Below are positions 1-7,303 of a stretch of 19,878 nucleotides of DNA, piece by piece (the first letter of the stretch is position 1; every line of letters starts with the position of its first letter). Below the pieces are notes generated by a model. It was not told the origin of the DNA, made no database searches, and saw only the letters and a program-made list of their open reading frames with translations. This stretch comes from Candidatus Omnitrophota bacterium (GTDB taxonomy: Bacteria; Omnitrophota; Gorgyraeia; JABMRG01; JAFGKX01): assembly GCA_020354945.1 (NCBI GenBank), contig CP070655.1, forward strand, positions 631,376 to 651,253, in the 5' to 3' direction. Made by a program: the position numbers and the translations under genes.

Positions 1-456
1 AAGCTCTACTAAATCTAAAAGCTCTGGGTCATCAACCATATCTATCTTGTTCAGGAATACAACTATGTAAGGAACGTTTACCTGGCGGGCTAGGAGGATA
101 TGCTCTCTTGTCTGAGGCATTGGCCCATCAGCTGCTGATACCACTAAAATAGCCCCGTCCATCTGGGCAGCCCCTGTAATCATGTTTTTGATGTAATCGG
201 CATGGCCCGGACAGTCTACGTGGGCATAGTGGCGGTTGTCTGTTTCATATTCTACGTGGGCAATGGCTATTGTTATGCCTCTTTCTTTCTCCTCCGGAGC
301 ATTGTCTATTGAGTCAAAGGTCCTTACCTCTGCCATGCCTTTTTTGCTTAAGGCCATTGTTATGGCAGATGTAAGACAGGTTTTACCGTGGTCTACGTGA
401 CCTATAGTTCCTATGTTTATGTGGGGTTTGCTCCTTACGAATTTTTCCTTTGCCAT
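1..456 (-). CDS. tuf: Elongation factor Tu, N-terminal 152 codons (runs off the window edge; absent from the ORF track)
   Basis: Manual translation from ATG at 456: [33 protein letters not shown]...ERGITI...[23 protein letters not shown]...LNKID. SD GGAGG at 467-463. Confidence 0.99.
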   Translation of the reverse strand, partial: MAKEKFVRSKPHINIGTIGHVDHGKTCLTSAITMALSKKGMAEVRTFDSIDNAPEEKERGITIAIAHVEYETDNRHYAHVDCPGHADYIKNMITGAAQMDGAILVVSAADGPMPQTREHILLARQVNVPYIVVFLNKIDMVDDPELLDLVEL

Positions 457-487
457 TTTTTACCTCCAATTTAACTTTGTTAAAATT

Positions 488-508
488 GTCCCGAGTTTAT
501 CGAGGGAC
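488..508 (+). repeat. REP-like hairpin GTCCC-GA-GTTTATC-GA-GGGAC
   Basis: 5-bp perfect stem enclosing GA-N7-GA. Same architecture as the hairpin at 5712-5748. Confidence 0.55.
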
Positions 509-556
509 TTTAAAAAGATAAAATACTCCCCTTTATACTACCAATATTTATAATAT

Positions 557-632
557 TGGAGCCCATGACCAGGATTGAACTGGTGACCTCGTCCTTACCA
601 AGGACGTGCTCTACCAACTGAGCTACATGGGC
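557..632 (-). tRNA. thrT: tRNA-Thr (anticodon GGT) with encoded CCA
   Basis: Minus strand reads GCCCATGTAGCTCAGTTGGTAGAGCACGTCCTTGGTAAGGACGAGGTCACCAGTTCAATCCTGGTCATGGGCTCCA. It is a 76-nt cloverleaf with anticodon loop TT-GGT-AA, in the usual position upstream of tuf. Confidence 0.98.
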
Positions 633-723
633 GATAAAAAGCCTTGCCTTTTGCTTTAAATCACTTCTGTCCCTAACTAAGGACGGTTTTATATATATAT
701 TATATTATGTAATGCGAGTGATA

Positions 724-751
724 ATTATACCAAAAAAAGAATTCTTGTCAA
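724..751 (-). promoter_or_regulatory. Strong sigma70-type promoter for tRNA-Thr-tuf
   Basis: Minus strand TTGACA (751-746)-16 nt-TATAAT (729-724), with TGn extended -10 and upstream A-tracts (UP-element-like, about 756-776). Confidence 0.88.
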
Positions 752-775
752 GGGGTTTTTTGGTTTTTTTAAATT

Positions 776-2866
776 TTAACCGGTTAGCCCTAACCTAAAG
801 GTATCTTTAAACTTATGGACCAATTTTTCTCTTAGCGTTCTATGGCGGCGATCTTTCAAGGGAGGATCTTCTTTAATAAGCCTGAAGGCTTCTTTTCGAG
901 CTTGCTCGAGAATTTCTATATCCTGAGTTAAATTGGCAAGTTCAAGCTCTGGAATACCATGCTGTCTCCTGCCAAATACTTCGCCTGTTCCGCGGATGGC
1001 CATGTCTTCTTCTGCGATTTGAAAACCATCGTCGGTCTTCACCATCGCTTCTACTCTAGAGGTAGAGCTTTCGGTTTTGGGTTCTGATATCAATATACAA
1101 TATGACTGAAAATTCCCTCTGCCTATTCTCCCTCTCATCTGATGAAGTTGACTTAGTCCAAAACGTTCTGCATTTTCTATCATCATTACTGAAGCATTCC
1201 GAACATCTATGCCTACCTCTATGACTGTTGTGCATACTAATATATCTATCTTGCCTTTTTTAAAATCTGTCATTGTTTCGGTTTTTTCATCAGCTTTAAG
1301 CCTTCCGTGCATCAGGGCTAATTTAAAGTTACTAAATTTCTGCTGCAGCCTCTGATATAATCTCCTCGCTCCTTCAATCTGTAACTTGTCCGATTTTTCA
1401 ATAACAGGACAGACAATATAGCCTTGCCTGCCTTTTTTGACTTCTTCCTTAAAAAAATCATATGCCTTTTCTTTCTGAGCAGGAGAAATTAAAAAAGTCT
1501 CGATACGGCGAGGGCCAAAGGGCAGCTCGTCAATTACAGATATGTCCATATCGCCGTATAGACTCATTGCCAAAGTCCTGGGTATAGGCGTTGCACTCAT
1601 AACCAATATATGCGGGTTAAGACCTTTCTTTTTAAATGTAGCTCTCTGCTGTACTCCAAACTTATGTTGTTCATCAATAATTACCAGACCTAAATCTTTA
1701 AATTTGACAGCTTCCTGTATCAAGGTATGGGTGCCGATGATAACCTGCGCTTCTCCAGATTGGATAAGTCTAACAGTGTCAGCCTTTTTCTCTTTCGGCA
1801 TTTCGCTTATTAGCAATACAACTTCAACGCCAAGGGGAGTAAGTATTTTGCTTAATGTCAGGTAATGCTGTCGAGCTAAAATTTCGGTTGGCACCATTAT
1901 AACGCCTTGATGATTATTTTTTGCAGTTAATGCTAACGCATATGTTGAAACGGCAGTCTTACCTGAGCCTACTTCTCCCTGGAGAAGTCTGTGCATTGGT
2001 CTTTGGGAAAACATATCTTTCTCTATCTGGCCAATCGCTTTAGTTTGTGCCTTTGTAAGAGTAAACGGTAGAGCCTTGAAGAATTCTTTCTTAAACTCAT
2101 CAGTAACTGTATGAGTTAGTGCATTTTTAGCGCTCTTAATTCTATACCGTCTTAATGCCAGGGCCATCTGCAGGAAAATAAATTCATCAAAGACTAACCT
2201 GCGACGGGCTTCATTTTTTTGTCTTTCATTAAACGGAAAATGTATATTCAGGAGTGCTGATTCAAGGTCCAGTAAACGATGCCTTGCACGTATATCGACA
2301 GGGAGATGTTCCTGGATATAAGACGAATACTGGTCGAGACAATTTTTAATTATACTCCGCAATCTCCTCTGATTTACACCTGAAACTAAAGGATAGACAG
2401 GGACTATTCTTCCTGTATGTATTTTGTTAAATTTTTCTGACCCATCGCCTCCGCCTCTGGAGGATTTCATTATTTCATATTCCGGATGGATAACTTGTAA
2501 TTTGCCGCGTTTTTGTATTTTGCCGTACATTATGACCTTATCGCCTTTATTAAAGTATTTCTTCATATATGGCTGGTTAAACCAGAGGGCGTATATAGTA
2601 GCTGTCTTATCTCCTACTGCAAGCTTGAATATAATCTGACCTTTCTTTGTCCTGAATATACCGGAGGCGAGCACTTCTCCCATAAATGTCTGAGCTTCAT
2701 CCTGTATTAATTGGGCAATAGGCTTTATGTTGCTTCTGTCTTCATATCGCCGGGGAGTATGGTATAAGCAGTCAGCTACAGTTGATATATTCAGACGCTT
2801 CAAGATGTTTCCTCGCCGGGGTCCGACTCCTTTTATGTATCTGGATGGGATTTTTTCGATGTTCAT
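776..2866 (-). CDS. recG: ATP-dependent DNA helicase RecG
   Basis: N-terminal KGVGP and PRRYEDR, wedge domain, LQGEVGSGKT, DEQHKFG, MSATPIPR, LHQMRGRIGRG, TDDGFQIAEED. Confidence 0.98.
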   Translation of the reverse strand: MNIEKIPSRYIKGVGPRRGNILKRLNISTVADCLYHTPRRYEDRSNIKPIAQLIQDEAQTFMGEVLASGIFRTKKGQIIFKLAVGDKTATIYALWFNQPYMKKYFNKGDKVIMYGKIQKRGKLQVIHPEYEIMKSSRGGGDGSEKFNKIHTGRIVPVYPLVSGVNQRRLRSIIKNCLDQYSSYIQEHLPVDIRARHRLLDLESALLNIHFPFNERQKNEARRRLVFDEFIFLQMALALRRYRIKSAKNALTHTVTDEFKKEFFKALPFTLTKAQTKAIGQIEKDMFSQRPMHRLLQGEVGSGKTAVSTYALALTAKNNHQGVIMVPTEILARQHYLTLSKILTPLGVEVVLLISEMPKEKKADTVRLIQSGEAQVIIGTHTLIQEAVKFKDLGLVIIDEQHKFGVQQRATFKKKGLNPHILVMSATPIPRTLAMSLYGDMDISVIDELPFGPRRIETFLISPAQKEKAYDFFKEEVKKGRQGYIVCPVIEKSDKLQIEGARRLYQRLQQKFSNFKLALMHGRLKADEKTETMTDFKKGKIDILVCTTVIEVGIDVRNASVMMIENAERFGLSQLHQMRGRIGRGNFQSYCILISEPKTESSTSRVEAMVKTDDGFQIAEEDMAIRGTGEVFGRRQHGIPELELANLTQDIEILEQARKEAFRLIKEDPPLKDRRHRTLREKLVHKFKDTFRLGLTG

Positions 2867-2921
2867 CCCTCACCTTTTTTATTCCAAGCCATACCAATTC
2901 TTATTTAGGATTTTTTTGAGC

Positions 2922-2950
2922 TTGCTTTTTGAATTATACTATGTTATTAT
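2922..2950 (+). promoter_or_regulatory. Putative sigma70 promoter of rpmB
   Basis: TTGCTT (2922-2927)-17 nt-TATTAT (2945-2950) with TGn extension. SD AGGAG at 2971-2975. Confidence 0.6.
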
Positions 2951-2981
2951 AGCACATTCAATTTAAAAACAGGAGTGAAAA

Positions 2982-3209
2982 ATGTCAAGGGTTTGTCAAG
3001 TATGCGGCAAACGGCCATCTGCCGGTAGGTCTACGACCCGTCGAGGCATGGCTAAAAGGCTCGGTGGGGTGGGGCAAAAAACAGTTCGTTCAAATAAACG
3101 TAGATTTTTACCCAATCTTAAAAAAGTAAAAGTAATTGTTGAAAAGACGAAAAAAACTATGCTTGTCTGTACAGAGTGTATAAAGTCTGGCAGAGTTAAG
3201 AAGGCATAA
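2982..3209 (+). CDS. rpmB: 50S ribosomal protein L28 (zinc-ribbon form)
   Basis: MSRVCQVCGK...KRRFLPNL...VCTECIKSG with two CxxC pairs; good SD. Confidence 0.96.
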   Translation: MSRVCQVCGKRPSAGRSTTRRGMAKRLGGVGQKTVRSNKRRFLPNLKKVKVIVEKTKKTMLVCTECIKSGRVKKA

Positions 3210-3212
3210 AAG

Positions 3213-4037
3213 TTAGTTCGTGGTTAACCCACTCAAAAACCGAAACACCTCTTTTGTATCCCCCACATAATATTCAGCGTTTGAAACTGTATTTTTCCCT
3301 CCCACAAAGATTGTAATGCCTTTCTTTTTCAATCTCTTAAAAGCGCTTTCATCGGTCTCGTCATCGCCTAGATAAATAGGTAAGATCCTCCTGCGCTTAT
3401 TCTTTTTTCTTTTTAATAAATAATCGACGAGGCTGCCCTTGCCCCATTTAATTGGAGGGCGTACTTCGATTACTTTCTTACCATTGGTTATTTTTACTTT
3501 TTTACTTTCAATATACGGAGTAAGTGTAGCAATAACTGAATGTTTTAGTTTTTTTATTTTTGCTCCTTTTACAAGGCGATAATGTACGCTTAAAGTAAGA
3601 CCTTTGTCTTCAATAAAAGTTCCTTTAATAGGTTTGCATGCTATGTCTAGCTTATGTTTTATATTCTTTGTAACCGGCCTAATTTTTCTTGCTAAAGGAT
3701 GCACATATTTTAAGGTGGGTGATTCTACGCCCCTTCTGGCGGCGGTTCCGCTGGGCAGCTCCATCTCGAGGCCGTGATTGCCGGCTAAGGCTATATCTTT
3801 TATTTTAACTTTTCCTTTTAATTGCTTAATTGAACGGCCGCTTATTATTGCTATAGAGAATTTAGGATTTTTCGTTAATTTAAGCAGGATGGATTTTACA
3901 TTTGGAGGTAAATTTGCTAATTCAGGCTTTTTAACAATGGGGGTAAGGGTGCCGTCATAATCCAGGAAAAGGTATATGCGTGGAGTTCTATTTATGGACG
4001 TGAAAATTTTTTGGGAATAATTAAAAAGGTATTTCAC
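3213..4037 (-). CDS. otsB: Trehalose-6-phosphate phosphatase (HAD family)
   Basis: FLDYDGTL, ISGR, GNHGLE, EDKG..SVHYR, GKKVIEVRP, GDDETDE. Directly downstream of otsA; GTG start. Confidence 0.95.
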   Translation of the reverse strand: MKYLFNYSQKIFTSINRTPRIYLFLDYDGTLTPIVKKPELANLPPNVKSILLKLTKNPKFSIAIISGRSIKQLKGKVKIKDIALAGNHGLEMELPSGTAARRGVESPTLKYVHPLARKIRPVTKNIKHKLDIACKPIKGTFIEDKGLTLSVHYRLVKGAKIKKLKHSVIATLTPYIESKKVKITNGKKVIEVRPPIKWGKGSLVDYLLKRKKNKRRRILPIYLGDDETDESAFKRLKKKGITIFVGGKNTVSNAEYYVGDTKEVFRFLSGLTTN

Positions 4038-4040
4038 TCT

Positions 4041-5519
4041 CTATTTCTGAATCTTTTTAATCTCAGATATGACCTTGCCTGCCCACTTATAGATATTATT
4101 TTCTTTAACAACGCCGCGTAAAGTCTTCATCCTTCTGGTTCGCTCTACCTTGGGAAGTTCTAAAGCCTGCTTTATCTTATCTGCAAAGTCATCTATATCG
4201 TATGGGTTTACAAATATAGCTTCTGATAACTCTCTGGCAGCGCCTGTGAACTTACTGAGTATCAATACCCCGTCTTCATCAATACGTGATGAGATAAATT
4301 CCTTTGAAACCAAATTCATGCCATCGTGTAAAGGGCTTACGATGCAGGCTCGGGCAAGTCTAAAAAATGCAAGAATTTGTTTTAAAGGCACATGCCTTCT
4401 CAACAGAATAACCGGAGACCAGTCCTCAACCGAATATTTCCAGTTTATATCAGACATAAGGGCATTAATCATGTCGTTTAAATTCTTATATTCTTGTATC
4501 TGGATACGGCTGAGTTCTCCTATCTGGATAAAAACTACTCTTTTGCGATATTCTGGATATTTTTCCAAAAATCTATCCAGTGCTAATAATCTCTCCGGGA
4601 TACCTTTAGTATAATCTAATCTGTCCAGTCCAAAAAGCACATAATCTACCTTTTCTAAACTAAACTCATTTATAATCTTCTGCACGGCCTTTTCAACTTC
4701 TTCTGTGTCTGATATTTCGGATACGGCCCGGAAATCGGCACTGATAGGGAATGCCCTTATAAATGTCTCATGGCCATTATATATTACTGAGTATTTTTCT
4801 CTATCAATCCTGGCCTCTAATACTTTATCTACATTATCGAAAAAATTCTCACAATGATATCTTATATGAAAACCTAATAAATCATTGCATAATAGAGCCT
4901 CTATAATCTCTCTCTGCTTCGGGCATATTCTAAAGACTTCTGAATTGGGCCAAGGGATATGCCATGAATGTATACATAAAACATCGGGGCGCCTTTTTTT
5001 TATCATCTGCGCTAAAAGGGTGAGATGAAAATCGTGAATCCATACCACTGCTTTCCGCCCTTTTATCTCTTTCAATATAACATCGGCAAATCTCTGGTTT
5101 ACCAATTTATAATAATTCCAGTCGTTTTCATTAAAGCTGGGTCTGGTATAGGTAAGATGGCAAAGGGGCCATAATGAACTGTTGGAGAAGCCAAAATAAT
5201 AACCTTTCTCTTCTTCTTTATTGAGCCATATCCTCTTTAAAGTATAACTCGGATTATCAGGCGGAACTTTAATGCAGTCATTTTTATCCACCACTTTTCT
5301 ATCCCCTGAACCACGGCCATGAGCAACCCATAAACCGCCGCAAGCCTGCATAACAGGGTCAAGCGCAGTCGCTACCCCTCCTGTGGGACGGTCGCACTCT
5401 ATTTTGCCTTCTTTTATTACGTGAACATACGGCTCTCTATTAGCAGCTATGACTAGCGTAGTATCTTCACCTAACACTTTAGCAACAGTATCTTTAAGTT
5501 CTTTTCTGTCCCAGGTCAT
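4041..5519 (-). CDS. otsA: Trehalose-6-phosphate synthase (GT20)
   Basis: ANREP, GGVATAL, LWPLCH, HDFHL, HIPWP, DRLDYTKGIPER, DGMNLVSKEF, LSKFTGAA, VNPYD. SD AGGAAGG at 5529-5523. Confidence 0.95.
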   Translation of the reverse strand: MTWDRKELKDTVAKVLGEDTTLVIAANREPYVHVIKEGKIECDRPTGGVATALDPVMQACGGLWVAHGRGSGDRKVVDKNDCIKVPPDNPSYTLKRIWLNKEEEKGYYFGFSNSSLWPLCHLTYTRPSFNENDWNYYKLVNQRFADVILKEIKGRKAVVWIHDFHLTLLAQMIKKRRPDVLCIHSWHIPWPNSEVFRICPKQREIIEALLCNDLLGFHIRYHCENFFDNVDKVLEARIDREKYSVIYNGHETFIRAFPISADFRAVSEISDTEEVEKAVQKIINEFSLEKVDYVLFGLDRLDYTKGIPERLLALDRFLEKYPEYRKRVVFIQIGELSRIQIQEYKNLNDMINALMSDINWKYSVEDWSPVILLRRHVPLKQILAFFRLARACIVSPLHDGMNLVSKEFISSRIDEDGVLILSKFTGAARELSEAIFVNPYDIDDFADKIKQALELPKVERTRRMKTLRGVVKENNIYKWAGKVISEIKKIQK

Positions 5520-5522
5520 TTG

Positions 5523-5748
5523 CCTTCCTTTGATAGCATAGGAAATCGTATGCGCCTGCCTATGCTATCAACAAAAGAGGGTTTTAGGGAGAAAGATTGT
5601 TTCTCCCTATCGGCGCAATTAACATCTACGCGGAAGGAAAAAGAACAGCGAAGTCACTTACCTTCCTCTTTGGACGAAGCGTTAGGGAAAAACCATCAGG
5701 GTTTTTCCCTAAAAGTAAACATCCGAACGTGGTGAGGATGTTTACTTT
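5523..5748. other. Multi-hairpin structured intergenic element between mscS and otsA
   Basis: Perfect stems at 5530-5542/5559-5571 (13 bp), 5585-5594/5600-5609 (10 bp), 5682-5694/5700-5712 (13 bp) and 5712-5724/5736-5748 (13 bp), plus GGAAGG/CCTTCC at 5632-5637/5661-5666. Function unknown. Confidence 0.7.
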
Positions 5749-6806
5749 GCTACATATAATGTCTGAGTAGGATATGCAAATTCAATATCACGTGCCTCGA
5801 ATTCCTTCTTTATGGCAAAATTGATCTCTTGCTGAATATCCATATATTTATTGTAGTCTCTGCTCATAACATAGTAGACAACTTCAAATACAAGATTGAA
5901 ATCGCCATAGGAGGCAAAATGGGCACGGTCAAAGGTGGTATCCTTAACGTTTTTTATAACATTTTCGATTATTTCTGGCATAACTTTCAACTTCTCGAGA
6001 GGAGTTTGATAGGTAACGCCAAGTTTAAAAACAACCCTCCTTTTTCCCATCCTTTTATAGTTGCGCAGCCGGGAATTGGTAAGGTCTTTATTAGAAAAGA
6101 CTAATTGTTCTCCGCCAAGGCTGCGTACACGGGTAGTCTTAATTCCAATATGTTCGATGGTTCCTAAATACTCTCCTATTATGATAAAATCTCCGATTTC
6201 AAACGGGCGGTCAAATATTATAGCAAAATAACTAAATAAATCTCCCAAAATTGCCTGAGCTGCTAAAGCTACTGCTACGCCTCCAATGCCTAAACCGGCA
6301 ATAACTGCTGATATTTTAAAACCTAAGTTGTCTAAGAAAAAGACAATAGCCAATCCCCATACAATTAGCTTTGTTATTCTTAAAATCCCTTTTAAACTTC
6401 GCTCTAAACCTACGTCTTTGTCTCTCTTTGTCCAGAAAACATCAAATCCGTAACTTATAATGACTGTGGCCAAGCGGGCTGTAAATAATGTCAGAATAGC
6501 CACCCCTGCAATATTGATGATTCTTTTTAGCAGAGGATTTAAATTCAGGATATTTACACTCAAATAGAAGGCGCCAAAATAGGCCAAAGGAACAACTATC
6601 TTTCGAATAAGCCTAATCAGAAAATCATCTATGGTAGTAGCAGTCTTTTCTGCCCATCTTTTTAAGCGTCTTATGATAAATATCTGGAATATCTTAATAA
6701 TGCCAAAACCTGCTAAAAGCAGTAAAACACATATTAAATAATCCAAAACCCGGTTCCCCAGAAATGCCTGTTCTATAAATTGTGATGAGAATTTAATGTT
6801 TCCCAT
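5742..6806 (-). CDS. mscS: Small-conductance mechanosensitive channel (MscS family)
   Basis: GLGIGGVAVALAAQ..LGD, DRPFEIGDFI, GTIEHIGIKTTRVR, FAYPTQTL; several N-terminal transmembrane segments; SD AAGGAG. Confidence 0.94.
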   Translation of the reverse strand: MGNIKFSSQFIEQAFLGNRVLDYLICVLLLLAGFGIIKIFQIFIIRRLKRWAEKTATTIDDFLIRLIRKIVVPLAYFGAFYLSVNILNLNPLLKRIINIAGVAILTLFTARLATVIISYGFDVFWTKRDKDVGLERSLKGILRITKLIVWGLAIVFFLDNLGFKISAVIAGLGIGGVAVALAAQAILGDLFSYFAIIFDRPFEIGDFIIIGEYLGTIEHIGIKTTRVRSLGGEQLVFSNKDLTNSRLRNYKRMGKRRVVFKLGVTYQTPLEKLKVMPEIIENVIKNVKDTTFDRAHFASYGDFNLVFEVVYYVMSRDYNKYMDIQQEINFAIKKEFEARDIEFAYPTQTLYVAK

Positions 6807-6850
6807 TTTTTTAATCTCCTTTTAATGTATGTTTCTTTGGGTGCTGCCCC

Positions 6851-7303
6851 TTACTGTAAATACTTCAAATATTTCTTATAGGAGGTATCTTCTATAGAAT
6901 AAACACCGGTATTTATGTTATAGTTACCTAAAACCACCCCGTTGCCCCAAAGCCGAAAATGTATATATCCCTCGGACGCTGTATAATATTCGCAAATAGC
7001 ATCATCTTTATCTTTAGGCAGTATTATATTTAAAGCAGCCTCTGCATTAGCATAATTAGCACGATTGTCAGAATCGCTACCGCTTCCATCTCCACTGCCG
7101 TTCTTAGAAAACCAATAATACGAATTAGTTTTAATATAATAATATTTCATGGCAGCAGCGATAATTGGTACTGTATTTGGCACTTCCTTCAACCTTGCCC
7201 TTATGCGAATGGCTCCAAATTGAGGATATGCTATAGTAGCAAGAATACCAATAATGACTACAACGATTAATAATTCTGTTAATGTAAAGGCATTTCTTTT
7301 CAT
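6851..7303 (-). CDS. Type IV pilin-like protein with class III signal peptide (pilin 1)
   Basis: MKRNA|FTLTELLIVVVIIGILATIAYP (basic leader, F1, E5, hydrophobic helix). The ATG overlaps the recJ TGA (ATGA). Confidence 0.92.
   Translation of the reverse strand: MKRNAFTLTELLIVVVIIGILATIAYPQFGAIRIRARLKEVPNTVPIIAAAMKYYYIKTNSYYWFSKNGSGDGSGSDSDNRANYANAEAALNIILPKDKDDAICEYYTASEGYIHFRLWGNGVVLGNYNINTGVYSIEDTSYKKYLKYLQ

Noticed and set aside
667-708. Small hairpin and (AT)n run in the tRNA leader
   Set aside because: Short imperfect stem in AT-rich DNA; cannot support a terminator or regulatory call.
541-775. tRNA-Thr as an integration site or island boundary
   Set aside because: Flanked by core genes, no integrase, and no duplicated tRNA 3' end seen.
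5520-5735. 71-aa + strand ORF in the mscS-otsA spacer
   Set aside because: TTG start without an SD, it runs through hairpins, and it shows no protein signature; better explained as structured non-coding DNA.
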